64,000 nucleotides of DNA. Origin: Macrostomum hystrix (taxonomy: Eukaryota > Animalia > Platyhelminthes). Position 1 is the stretch's first letter. Every line of letters starts with the position of its first letter. The notes beneath the pieces are model-generated. The model did not search any database, was not told the origin of the DNA, and was given only the letters and a program-made list of their open reading frames with translations. The stretch spans positions 5,828,001 through 5,892,000 of the forward strand of contig CATNEN010000029.1 in the NCBI GenBank assembly GCA_950097015.1, written 5' to 3'. Positions 11,801 through 23,627 of the stretch are shown piece by piece. The position numbers were made by a program, and so were the translations under genes.

Positions 11801-14800
11801 TTTTTGAGAGTTATTGGCTAATTTAAGCGTACTCAGAGATTAAATAGTGGAAAACATGAATTCCTATTTCATACGTAACACAAATTTTAAGGGACAAAAA
11901 TTTAAGGACTAAATCACCTACAACTAATCCTTGTAAAGAGTAGAACTACCCCGGATTCCCCCCACCTGACAATTTTTTATGCTGCACCCGAACGGAAAAA
12001 GGCAAGCACACGAAACTCATGAACAAGGGCCAACTTTTTGTTGCGCATCTTCTGAAACATGAATCAATTTTCCAGCTCTTCAGAACATCGAGATATTCTG
12101 GCCGAAGTTCTGCTTTTTCTTTATGCGCAAGAGTAGTTCAAACACCACTATACACGAATTAGCACTGCGCCTCAGTGCGGCCTTGCCAGGCCTTCAAAAT
12201 TTATCTGCATGTCACCCGAATGTGCCTGCATCATCTCCGCCTTCGGTGGTAACCTACCTTTATCTAGACGGATTTGCTGGACCTTCAAGGGCTACAACAG
12301 GTGCAAATAGGACCCTGAGGCGAATTTCACAACTCAAGCCAAAATATTAGGCGCCACCCAAGGCTGTTCGCATTCAGGCGCTGCCTGAAAAAACCCCCTC
12401 GGTATAAAAACGGGCGGCAAAATGGCTTGGTAGTCCTATACTGTTAATGGGAATATTTTGTTTGCTTTGTTGGTTACATGGCTAACATAAAAACGCAAGA
12501 AATGAGTGAGCTTCCTGTCTTTCTGCTACCTATCAATAGGTCAGTGCTGTGAATGTGAGCCAAGCAGCAAAGGCGATGAAAGGCCACCGTTTTCTGAGTT
12601 AGGCTTTTCCTTGTTTTTGGTGAAGAACGTGTTTTACGATTTGTTTGGTGTTTGCGAATCGAAGCTCTGCGGACGCTTGTGGCCAAGTGGTTGCAGCTTA
12701 GGAACTTTCTGACCGAGAGGTCGGTGGCCAAGTGGTTGCAGCTTAGGAACTTTCTGACCGAGAGGTCGGTGGCCAAGTGGTTGCAGCTTAGGAACTTTCT
12801 GACCGAGAGGTCGGTGGCCAAGTGGTTGCAGCTTAGGAACTTTCTGACCGAGAGGTCGGTGGCCAAGTGGTTGCAGCTTAGGAACTTTCTGACCGAGAGG
12901 TCGGTGGCCAAGTGGTTGCAGCTTAGGAACTTTCTGACCGAGAGGTCGGTGGCCAAGTGGTTGCAGCTTAGGAACTTTCTGACCGAGAGGTCGGTGGCCA
13001 AGTGGTTGCAGCTTAGGAACTTTCTGACCGAGAGGTCGGTGGCCAAGTGGTTGCAGCTTAGGAACTTTCTGACCGAGAGGTCGGTGGCCAAGTGGTTGCA
13101 GCTTAGGAACTTTCTGACCGAGAGGTCGGTGGCCAAGTGGTTGCAGCTTAGGAACTTTCTGACCGAGAGGTCGGTGGCCCAAGTGGGCTTTTTTCATCTC
13201 CATACAATTAGCCGAAACCCCGCCTCGATTGCCACCAGCTGCACGAAGGACGCCGACTGCATCAAGGGCGACGTTCACATGCTGGGCTGGGGCGTCAAGA
13301 CAGGCCGCTGCGTTAACAGCTCCCGGGACCCCAAGCTGCGGGTCTGCGAGATCTACGGATGGTGCCCGACGGAGCAGGACATCCTACCGCTGGGAGAGGA
13401 CACGGTCAGTGGCTGCCGATTTGTCAGACTCAAAAACAGAAATGGTCCCAACCTAAGGGCGACTGAAGGGGTCAGTGGCAGAGCGGTTAACGCGTTTGCT
13501 TCTCGCCCGAAGGTCCCTAAGCTCGATTCCGCGGCGAGGCCACATTTATTTGGGGCGCAGCCGCGGAGAGAAGGCTTGGGGCTTGTCGTGCAATTTACGC
13601 CCTTGAGGCCAACCTCCGAGGCACAGTGAAGTGTGCACGATGAGAAAGTCAGGGCAGATGTACACACCTGTGTGAGTGTATGCCTGCGTACAGTATCTGG
13701 GCAGAATTGCCTCCTCGCTGGCTGCGGGTCTAGTGTCACCAAATGATGTGCCATTGCCCACAGCTCTCATGCAATTCTTTTTATTAACGGCGATTCAAAG
13801 ACCGGATCAGGTGGAGGTTGGCGGAAACGCGGTACAGTTATTCGTAGGATTAGAAAAATTATAAAAAAGGCTCGGCATGTTATCAATTTGATGCATTGTT
13901 TTTGACGAAATAGAATCCTGTTCGATATTTCTGCATCAGTCTCCTGCCTGTCTTGTTCTGAAGTGGCAGTAGGCGTTGCTCGTCTTTGCCCCTAATAGTT
14001 CTATTTAAACCGAGATTTTCTGCTTTTAAAGGGCTCATTGAGACACGGAGACAGGCTCTTAAATGTGGAAAGGAGCAGCAATGAAATGCGCCAGAATTGA
14101 TGATTTTTACCTATCGCAGGCTGGGATTTCTCAGCTCGCGTGACGCCGCTGCTCCCGCTAGGAATCTCTGCCTCAGGGGGGATTAATTTCCCCTCCACCC
14201 CGCCACACACAGCCGACGTGGGACATGAAATTTCACTCTCTCTCACTCGGCAGCCGCATCGCTTATTCCCGCTATGCGGCAATTCTAAATCCCAAATCAG
14301 CTCTTTCGCATTCTGCTTATCAAGATAACTTCTCCGTTCTGAAGGAATGGACTCAAACTGGGAGGGTGGTGAGCAGATGGGGTTAAAAATCGTCCGAATG
14401 ATGAAGGATGAGCAGTCGCTTGATAGCGGATTTGCGAACCGGGAGACTGTTGACTCAGCCTGATAACAGTGGCAGCATTAGCCCTAGTCCCAGCTGCCTA
14501 AGTGGCAGCGCTGGGGATGAAGTGTAAGATGAGGCTCCACAGCTTCACTAATTCCAACCAATCCTTCAATCTGATTCCTGATGCTTCAATGGCGCTTTGA
14601 TTCTTGCTGGATTTCCACAGCGCCATGATTTGTTTGCTTTCATTGCAATAAACTCCAATCGAATTTTGAGAACTGCAAAAACGGAAGAAAATTTGCAATG
14701 AGACACTTCACGTAGATCGAATAGAGATTGGTTCTCAGTGATATTGATCGAATAGAGATTGGTTCTCAGTGATATTGATCGAATAGAGATTGGTTCTCAG

Positions 14801-14849
14801 TGATATAGATAAAATAGAGATTGATTCATAGATAGATAGATAGATAGAC

Positions 14850-14890
<41 letters not shown>

Positions 14891-17800
14891 TCTCAGGCAC
14901 ACCGAGATTGGTTCTCAGTGTGTTTTCAATTTGAGTCTGTTTGCTGGCGCCCGCAGGTGCTCATGACTCGCGTGAAGAACTTCACGGTACTCATAAAGAA
15001 CAGCATTGAGTTTCCAAAGTTTGGCATCAAGAGGCGCAACATTCTGAGCAGCATGAGCAGCAAGTATTTGCGCAGCTGCAACTACCGGCCTAATCACCCG
15101 GTGCACAAGTACTGCCCCATCTTCAAGCTGGGCGACATCATCAAGTACGGACAGGCAATCAGCCTGGATGATGCCAGACAGGTGTGGATCACCGGAGGTG
15201 AGTGAATCTATGCGCGTCTAGAGACAAAGTGACAGTATCTAGAGACAAAGTGACAGTATCTAGAGACATTGTGACAGTATCTAGAGACATTGTGACAGTA
15301 TCTAGAGACATTGTGACAGTATCTAAAGACATTGTGACAGTATCTAAAGACATTGTGACAGTATCTAGAGACAAAGTGACAGTATCTAAAGACAAAGTGA
15401 CAGTATCTAAAGACATTGTGACAGTATCTAGAGACAAAGTGACAGTATCTAAAGACATTGTGACAGTATCTAGAGACAAAGTGACAGTATCTAGAGACAT
15501 TGTGACAGTATCTAGAGACATTGTAACAGTATCTAGAGACATTGTGACAGTATCTAAAGACATTGTGACAGTATCTAAAGACATTGTGACAGTATCTAAA
15601 GACATTGTGACAGTATCTAAAGACATTGTGACAGTATCTAAAGACATTGTGACAGTATCTAAAGACATTGTGACAGTATCTAAAGACATTGTGACAGTAT
15701 CTAGAGACATTGTGACAGTATCTAGAGACATTGTGACAGTATCTAAAGACATTGTGACAGTATCTGAAGACATTGTGACAGTATCTAAAGACATTGTGAC
15801 AGTATCTAAAGACATTGTGACAGTATCTAGAGACATTGTGACAGTATCTAGAGACATTGTGACAGTATCTAGAGACATTGTGACAGTATCTAGAGACATT
15901 GTGACAGTATCTAAAGACATTGTGACAGTATCTAGAGAGTGATCGGATTAAAAAGAGTGACCTGCCTTCGTGAACAAAAAATGGAAGGCAACGCAATCAA
16001 ATACAGGCTTTGTAAATGATTTGAATAGAGCATGATTAATTCAAAAAATTTAAGGGCTCGATTGAGCACGAATTAACAGCAGAAAGAGCGCGCCATTTTC
16101 CCCTGGGGAAATATCACGGGGTATTTCAAATATCCTGTCTACTTCACGATAGCTCCGAAACCGAATGACCGATTTTCGTGAAATTCCACCAGTTGGCCAG
16201 TTGGATCAAACATTTTCCGCTCCCCTAACCTTCAAATGTACCCCCCATGCATGGCCAGGCATGGTGGCCATAGACATTCACTGGGAGTGCAACTTCGATT
16301 ACGACGAGGAGCTGTGCAAGCCGGAGTACAAATTTCGAAATCTGGAGGACGGCCAAGTTGGTCGCGGCTGGAACTTTCGGTGAGTCTAGCTTTCGTTTCG
16401 ATCATAGAATGCTATGCAGCCTACTGGCATTAGTAGGCTCGTAAAGATGCGCTCTCACGATTGAGGGACAGAAATGACACCTAGCCAATGGAATACTCAC
16501 TTAAATTTCTACCCCAACCAATGCTGCTACCCATTTTACAACTGGCTGAACAGAAGCACCAGGAGTGGAGTGTCTTGTTCAAGGACACTTGCTAATTGTT
16601 TACGTTGGAATGAGATTCGAACTCCCGACCTCTAGAATAATTACAGGAGGGCTGTGGGCACTGGAATATAATTTTGTGACTGTTTGTGACTACACTTTCA
16701 CTGTGCCTTCCAGGCTAGCCCTCAAGGGCGTAAATTGTACGACAAGCCCCCTAGCCACCTTAAATTAATGTGGCCTCGTCGTGGAATCTAGCTCTGGGAC
16801 ATTGGTGCGAGAGACAAACGCTCTGCCACTCGCCCCTTCTATCTCTCTCGGTGGGTAGTAGGGATATGATAACTGTAACAAGGCGATTGGCCAATAAGAG
16901 AAGGTCCACCTGGCCTTGCAGACACGCGTACCACTACGTGGAAGACGGCATTCACAAGAGAACATTGGTAAAAGCCTACGGCATCCAGTTCTTCATCAGC
17001 GTGACTGGCCGCGGTGGCAAATTTGACATCCTGAACTTCACAATGAACCTGGGCTCCGGCCTGGCACTGCTCACATTGGCCACCGTACTCTGCGACATTA
17101 TTGTGCTCAATATCATGCGAAAACGGAAGAAGTACCGACAGGCCAAGATTGACAAGGTTGGCCGCCATCAGAATGCGAGATTAGCCCTGCCAGTTATGAT
17201 ATTGTCACTCCCAGTTACAAGAATGCCATTCCCAGCTACTAGAGTATCACTTTCAGCTACCAGAATGTCACTCCCAGTTACAAGAATGCCATTCCCAGCT
17301 ACTAGAGTATCACTTTCAGCTACCAGAATGTCACTCCCAGCTACCAGAATGTCACTCCCAGTTACCAGAATGTCACTCCCAGTTACAAGAATGCCATTCC
17401 CAGCTACTAGAGTATCACTTTCAGCTACCAGAATGTCACTCCCAGTTACAAGAATGCCATTCCCAGCTACTAGAGTATCACTTTCAGCTACCAGAATGTC
17501 ACTCCCAGCTACCAGAATGTCACTCCCAGTTACAAGAATGCCATTCCCAGCTACTAGAGTATCACTTTCAGCTACCAGAATGTAACCCCCAGCTACCAGA
17601 ATGTCACTCCCAGTTACAAGAATGCCATTCCCAGCTACTAGAGTATCACTTTCAGCTACCAGAATGTCACTCCCAGTTACAAGAATGCCATTCCCAGCTA
17701 CTAGAGTATCACTTTCAGCTACCAGAATGTCACTCCCAGCTACCAGAATGTCACTCCCAGTTACAAGAATGCCATTCCCAGCTACTAGAGTATCACTTTC

Positions 17801-20346
17801 AGCTACCAGAATGTCACTCCCAGCTACCAGAATGTCACTCCCAGTTACAAGAATGCCATTCCCAGCTACTAGAGTATCACTTTCAGCTACCAGAATGTCA
17901 CTCCCAGCTACCAGAATGTCACTCCCAGTTACCAGAATGTCACTCTCAGTTACCAGAGTGTCACTCCCAGCTACCAGAATGTCACTCCCAGTTACCATAT
18001 TGTCACTCCCAGTTACCAGACTGTCACTCCCAGTTACCAGATTGTCACTCCCAGTTACCAGACTGTCACTCCCAGTTACCAGAATGTCACTCCCAGTTAC
18101 CAGAATGTCACTCCCAGTTACCAGACTGTCACTCCCAGTTACCAGATTGTCACTCCCAGTTACAAGAATGTCACTCTCAGTTACCAGATTGTCACTCCCA
18201 TTTACCAGACTGTCACTCCCAGTTACCAGATTGTCACTCCCAGTTACCAGAATGTCACTCTCAGTTACCAGAGTGTCACTCCCAGCTACCAGAATGTCAC
18301 TCCCAGTTACCATATTGTCACTCCCAGTTACCAGACTGTCACTCCCAGTTACTATATTGTCACTCCCAGTTACCAGACTGTCACTCCCAGTTACCATATT
18401 GTCACTCCCAGTTACCAGACTGTCACTCCCAGTTACTATATTGTCACTCCCAGTTACCAGACTGTCACTCCCAGTTACCATATTGTCACTCCCAGCTACC
18501 AGACTGTCACTCCCAGTTACCAGATTGTCACTCCCAGTTACAAGAATGTCACTCTCAGTTACCAGATTGTCACTCCCAGTTACCAGACTGTCACTCCCAG
18601 TTACCAGATTGTCACTCCCAGTTACCAGAATGTCACTCTCAGTTACCAGAGTGTCACTCCCAGCTACCAGAATGTCACTCCCAGTTACCAGAATGTCACT
18701 CTCAGTTACCAGAGTGTCAGTCCCAGCTACCAGAATGTCACTCCCAGTTACCATATTGTCACTCCCAGTTACCAGACTGTCACTCCCAGTTACCAGATTG
18801 TCACTCCCAGTTACCAGAATGTCACTCTCAGTTACCAGAGTGTCACTCCCAGCTACCAGAATGTCACTCCCAGTTACCATATTGTCACTCCCAGTTACCA
18901 GACTGTCACTCCCAGTTACCATATTGTCACTCCCAGTTACCAGACTGTCACTCCCAGTTACTATATTGTCACTCCCAGTTACCAGACTGTCACTCCCAGT
19001 TACTATATTGTCACTCCCAGTTACCAGACTGTCACTCCCAGTTACCATATTGTCACTCCCAGTTACCAGACTGTCACTCCCAGTTACTATATTGTCACTC
19101 CCAGTTACCAGACTGTCACTCCCAGTTACCATATTGTCACTCCCAGCTACCAGACTGTCACTCCCAGTTACCATATTGTCACTCCCAGCTACCAGACTGT
19201 CACTCCCAGTTACCAGATTGTCACTCCCAGTTACAAGAATGTCACTCTCAGTTACCAGATTGTCACTCCCAGTTACCAGACTGTCACTCCCAGTTACCAG
19301 ATTGTCACTCCCAGTTACCAGAATGTCACTCTCAGTTACCAGAGTGTCACTCCCAGCTACCAGAATGTCACTCCCAGTTACCAGAATGTCACTCTCAGTT
19401 ACCAGAGTGTCAGTCCCAGCTACCAGAATGTCACTCCCAGTTACCATATTGTCACTCCCAGTTACCAGACTGTCACTCCCAGTTACTATATTGTCACTCC
19501 CAGTTACCAGACTGTCACTCCCAGTTACCATATTGTCACTCCCAGTTACCAGACTATCACTCCCAGTTACCATATTGTCACTCCCAGTTACCATATTGTC
19601 ACTCCCAGTTACCATATTGTCACTCCCAGTTACCAGACTGTCACTCCCAGTTACAATATTGTCACTCCCAGTAACAAGACTGTCACTCCCAGTTGTCATA
19701 TTGTCACTCCCAGTTATCAGAATGTTACTCCCAGTTACAAGAATGTCAGTCCCAGGTTTTTGACAGTAGCGATCCATCCCTTCTGCAGGTGAAGCGCAAG
19801 GAGATTGCCCGCAGCCTGTGGGGCGGCAGCAGCGAGACGAACAGCGAAGAGCGACCGCGCCGCCGCGGCAGCCTGGCCCGCCGACTCAGCCGTCGGGTCT
19901 CCGGGGCTGCGCCGCTGGAATTTCCCAGCAACGGCTCAGCAACTGTGGGATCTGTGGGCGGCTTCGCTGGCTGCACCACGGCTCCGGTGGTGGCGCATTG
20001 GCCGGCTCTGGCATCCTACTCACCGCGCGAGACCTCGGCCATCCCGTTCATGCCCGGCTCCGTCATCGATGAGCTAGACGACGACATCGATGACTTCAAC
20101 GACGAAGTCGACACCAACAACAGCCGTCTTGGTGGCGTCGATGCGGATTGGCGCATGCATCCTAGGAGAGATCCGCCTCCTCCAGCGTCGCTGCAGCTGC
20201 CCTCGGTGTCTATCGTCGGGCAGCAGCAGCTGTCGTCGGTGGCCACCGTGGCTTCGATGCCTTCGCCGTCTGGTGCGGCCGCTGCAACGCTGCGGGATCG
20301 CTGGCGGGCGAGGCCGGATGTCGAGCGCGAGATGGGAGAGTACTGA
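8857..20346 (+). CDS. P2X: P2X purinoceptor (ATP-gated cation channel), 7 exons, ~570 aa
   Basis: Hand-spliced exons 8857-9067, 11299-11479, 13239-13404, 14957-15197, 16259-16379, 16922-17156 and 19789-20346, all GT-AG and phase-compatible. Motifs: YETQK (YxTxK), TM1, TTKLKG, IWDVADW, ten ectodomain Cys, KNFTVLIKN, GWNFR, RTLVKAYGI, TM2 NLGSGLALLTLATVLCD and YRQAK (YxxxK). Confidence 0.96.
10370..10450 (+). mobile_element. Partial SINE family B copy (body only)
   Basis: GGGCTTGTCG...GATGAGAAAGTCAGGGCAGATGTACAC matches ~13578-13665. Confidence 0.6.
12679..13182 (+). repeat. 45-bp minisatellite, ~11 identical copies, derived from a tRNA-SINE head; in P2X intron 2
   Basis: Unit TCGGTGGCCAAGTGGTTGCAGCTTAGGAACTTTCTGACCGAGAGG at exact 45-bp period from 12721. 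Contains the A-box-like TGGCCAAGTGG. Confidence 0.95.
13468..13790 (+). mobile_element. tRNA-derived SINE family B, near full-length
   Basis: Head GGGGTCAGTGGCAGAGCGGTTAACGCG...GCTCGATTCC with A- and B-box-like motifs. The body recurs in reverse at 16.7, 25.0, 39.8 and 41.4 kb. Confidence 0.8.
14716..14890. repeat. ~31-bp unit x3 followed by a (GATA)n microsatellite
   Basis: GATCGAATAGAGATTGGTTCTCAGTGATATT repeats, then a GATA run at ~14826-14890. Confidence 0.9.
15215..15938. repeat. 21-bp minisatellite (TCTAGAGACATTGTGACAGTA) in P2X intron 4
   Basis: ~34 copies starting <20 nt after the exon-4 donor. Source of the heptad ORFs 15189..15996. Confidence 0.97.
16480..16650 (-). mobile_element. 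tRNA-derived SINE, family A-like (5' end degraded)
   Basis: Reverse strand GAGGTCGGGAGTTCGAATCTC (B box) followed by GTGTCCTTGAACAAGACACT, similar to the segments after the heads at 23.7 and 34.3 kb. Confidence 0.65.
16690..16836 (-). mobile_element. SINE family B copy (5' half)
   Basis: CTCAAGGGCGTAAATTG..GACAAGCCC..AATGTGGCCTCG..GGAATC..CGCTCTGCCAC is the reverse complement of 13468-13620. Confidence 0.7.
17185..19760. repeat. 2.6-kb 21-bp minisatellite with higher-order variant blocks, filling P2X intron 6
   Basis: Unit ~CCAGAATGTCACTCCCAGTTA, ~120 copies. One variant set lies at 17.2-17.9 kb and another at 18.0-19.7 kb. Confidence 0.97.
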
Positions 20347-20666
20347 GGACCTTGTGCGGCCAGGGATCTGCCAGAAGTTCGTCATGACCGCAACGGAGCC
20401 CATGTTGTCGAGTATTTTCTAATCTGGAGATGCTCCGAAACTTTCATTTTATGTCCCTGGTCTGAGTCGTGTGCTGAGTCGAGCCATCAATGATTGTTGT
20501 CAATCATGGCTCAGACGAAAATATACATTTTATTTCAAAACATCAAGCAAAACGAATAGAAAATCCTGCTCGGTATGTTAAAGATCGGGGAGATTTTTTC
20601 TCAAGTAAAATAATCTAAAATGACGTTTTAAGAATTACAAGAATGCATGTAAGCTGATGATGGGTA

Positions 20667-21050
20667 GAGTGACAGATTGGAGGAGTGACAGATTAGAGGA
20701 GTGACAGATTGGAGGAGTGACAGATTGGAGGAGTGACAGATTGGAGGAGTGACAGATTGGAGGAGTGACAGATTGGAGGAGTGACAGATTGGAGGAGTGA
20801 CAGATTGGAGGAGTGACAGATTGGAGGAGTGACAGATTGGAGGAGTGACAGATTGGAGGAGTGACAGATTGGAGGAGTGACAGATTGGAGGAGTGACAGA
20901 TTGGAGGAGTGACAGATTGGAGGAGTGACAGATTGGAGGAGTGACAGATTGGAGGAGTGACAGATTGGAGGAGTGACAGATTGGAGGAGTGACCGATTGG
21001 AGGAGTGACCGATTGGAGGAGTGACCGATTGGAGGAGTGACCGATTGTAG
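20667..21050. repeat. 16-bp minisatellite (GAGTGACAGATTGGAG) between the convergent P2X and GPCR 3' ends
   Basis: ~24 near-identical copies, ~90 nt past the GPCR stop. Confidence 0.96.
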
Positions 21051-21140
21051 GAGTGATGGACAGATTTGGAGAGTGTCTGATGCGAGTAGTGGTAGATTGG
21101 CAACTGAAAGTCTTTTTTACGCCCGTGGCGTAAAATCAAG

Positions 21141-22208
21141 CTATTCTCCTCGGACAGCCAATGGCATCAAGCCGCAGTCACCGCCACCGCCAAGGCCGTC
21201 GACACAATGTCCGGCTTCCTCGTGGATGCTGCGGGCGCCAGCCAGGCACAGGAGGCGACGCAGGTCGGCCCGAAATCTGGCCGAAGACGCCGAGTAGACA
21301 AAAAAATTCATCAGCGAGTCCAGCACAGACAGCGCGTTGGTGACAGCATCCGGGTGGAAAGGCAGCCAGTTGAGCAGATCCGGCTTCAGACCCAGCGCCG
21401 TTGTGGACACGAACGTCGGGAACTCGAGCGCGCAGAAAACGGCGGCGAGGCCCAAAACCATCCGGCTGGCGCGCAGCGAGTTCACCTCCTGCGACATGCG
21501 CCTGCGCTGACTCCTGGACAGACGGCGACTTCGCCGAAGCTGGCGCCACATCACGATGGTGGGCACTGGAATGAACAGTGTGGGCAGCAGGGCCTGGAAG
21601 GCGTACACGGCCCAGGGCAGCGCGTGCAGCCGGAGCAGCGGCCGGGCCACCACGCTGCCGAGCTCCAGGTTGGTGCACAGGACGCCAACTTCGGCCAGAT
21701 TCGCCGCAGTTGCCAGGCCGATCGCCACCGTCAGCGCCAGGCCGAAGGCGCCAGCCCAGCGGTTCCGATTGAAGAGCAGGCAGCTCCGGGCAGCCAACGG
21801 CCGGGCGACGGCTTCGCAGCGAGCCAAGCAGATCAGCAGCACCGTCCAGTTGCGCGCCGAGACCAGGGCGTTGATAGCGACGTGGACGCAGCTGGTTGCG
21901 GCGAAGCTGACGAGAGTGTGCCAGTGCTCAACGCCGCTACGCACAAGTGCCGCCTCGGCCAGCAGAGCGCACTGCAGGCAGACCTCCGTGCCGGAGATGT
22001 ACAGTAGGGACAGGCGAACTGCCCGATTGTCAAAGCGCTGCCTTGCGAAGATGTACAGAGCCAGCAAGTTGGCAATCAGTGCCGCCGCTGCCACCGGCAT
22101 TATGACCAAGATTGTAGCTCGCTCGGTGTCCACGAAGGCATGATCGTGTTCCTGTAGCGTGCGGTTCAGCTCCGTTTGGTTGCAGCTGTCACGGATGTAG
22201 TAGAGCAT
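21141..22208 (-). CDS. Intronless rhodopsin-class peptide GPCR (FMRFamide-receptor/Srw-like), 355 aa
   Basis: Seven hydrophobic segments, N-terminal N-glycosylation sequons (NQT, NRT), TM1 ANLL, TM3 end ARNWTVLLICLARCEAVARPL (DRY replaced by ARC), TM6 FCALEFP, TM7 DSLMNFFVY and helix 8 SARFRADLRRLLC. Confidence 0.92.
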   Translation of the reverse strand: MLYYIRDSCNQTELNRTLQEHDHAFVDTERATILVIMPVAAAALIANLLALYIFARQRFDNRAVRLSLLYISGTEVCLQCALLAEAALVRSGVEHWHTLVSFAATSCVHVAINALVSARNWTVLLICLARCEAVARPLAARSCLLFNRNRWAGAFGLALTVAIGLATAANLAEVGVLCTNLELGSVVARPLLRLHALPWAVYAFQALLPTLFIPVPTIVMWRQLRRSRRLSRSQRRRMSQEVNSLRASRMVLGLAAVFCALEFPTFVSTTALGLKPDLLNWLPFHPDAVTNALSVLDSLMNFFVYSASSARFRADLRRLLCLAGARSIHEEAGHCVDGLGGGGDCGLMPLAVRGE

Positions 22209-22429
22209 ACCGTCTGTTAGTCAGGGTTGATGGTGGCTATTTTATGACACTTGTTTGAGAGATAAAATTCGTTGATACTTATCTACGATATTGTTTAGCG
22301 CGCAGAATTTGATTAGTCCTTGGTGTCGTTCGTTGATAGCTCGTATAAACGCTCGTTAGAACAGATGCATTGTCACAAGATTTCATTTCATTTCAACAGC
22401 AGCTGAAAACGAAGTCTGAAAAAAGTTGT

Positions 22430-23052
22430 GAGAAAGGGTGTGAGAGTGTGAGAGGGTGAGAGAGAGTCTGAGAGAGTGTGTGAGAGTCTAAGAGAGTGTG
22501 TGAGAGTCTGAGAGAGTGTGTGAGAGTCTGAGAGAGTGTGTGAGAGTCTGAGAGAGATTGTGAGAGTCTGTGAGAGTGTGTGAGAGTCTGAGAGAGTGTG
22601 TGAGAGTCTGAGAGAGTGTGTGAGAGTCTGAGAGAGTGTGAGAGTCTAAGAGAGTGTGTGAGAGTCTAAGAGAGTGTGTGAGAGTCTGAGAGAGTGTGTG
22701 AGAGTCTGAGAGAGATTGTGAGAGTCTGTGAGAGTGTGTGAGAGTCTGAGAGAGTGTGTGAGAGTCTGAGAGAGTGTGTGAGAGCCTGAGAGAGTGTGTG
22801 AGAGTCTGAGAGAGTGTGTGAGAGCCTGAGAAAGATATTGTGAGAGCCTGAGAGAGTGTGTGAGAGTCTGAGAGAGTGTGTGAGAGTCTGAGAGAGTGTG
22901 TGAGAGCCTGAGAGAGTGTGTGAGAGTCTGAGAGAGTGTGAGAGTCTAAGAGAGTGTGTGAGAGTCTAAGAGAGTGTGTGAGAGTATGAGAGAGTGTGTG
23001 AGAGCCTGAGAAAGATATTGTGAGAGCCTGAGAGTGAGTGTGAGAGTCTGAG
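22430..23052. repeat. ~20-bp GA/GT-rich minisatellite (GAGAGTCTGAGAGAGTGTGT)
   Basis: Direct tandem copies ~220 nt upstream of the GPCR ATG. Confidence 0.95.
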
Positions 23053-23627
23053 ATGGCACGGTCTGTTGCGGCGTGAAGAGTCGGCTAGCCGTCGGGTAGG
23101 CTGATAGGTGCTTCAGTAGTTATTATGGAGGCCATAGAAAGTGAAAACACAACGAAGAGTCTTCTTGTCCAGCAGCCACAAGGCTTTCATCATCAGGCAG
23201 TGAAGTCCTAAATCGGACACTGACTTAAAAAGGAAAGCAAACACAGATTAGCAGTGAAGTAAAAGTAAAAGTAAAAGTAAAAGTAAAAAGTCGAAGTAAA
23301 AGCTCGAAAAGAATTTGTTTTCAATTTTTTTCCTTTTACACTTGTTCAAAGCTCCAGCTGTGCAGGAGCGCTGGATCGCAAAATAGAAAAAAACTATTTC
23401 TGACAGAGGCTGGGGCTGATCCACTATTTGCCTACTTAGGCCAGCTGACACTAGAGGCGTTTTGACTAAAGCGACACTTCTAATTTGCTATTCCAACACG
23501 AACTCTTATCACTATTAAAAGCTTTAAGTCCAACAGGTCGATAAGTGACGTAGATTGATTTAGCTCAGAATGGTAAAGTGCACTGGCTATCATTTTACGA
23601 GCGATTTACAATTACACTGCAACAGCG

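Noticed and set aside
12474-13629. Long ORFs with 15-aa repeats, one running into P2X exon 3
   Set aside because: Produced by the 45-bp array; a good acceptor at 13238 joins exon 3 in phase with exon 2.
16770-19763. P2X read-through isoform with an SLPVTRM heptad tail
   Set aside because: In frame with exon 6 but stops at 17585; a good downstream acceptor and exon 7 exist. No evidence for retention.
21207-22143. 266-aa and 195-aa plus-strand ORFs
   Set aside because: Antisense shadows of the GC-rich GPCR.
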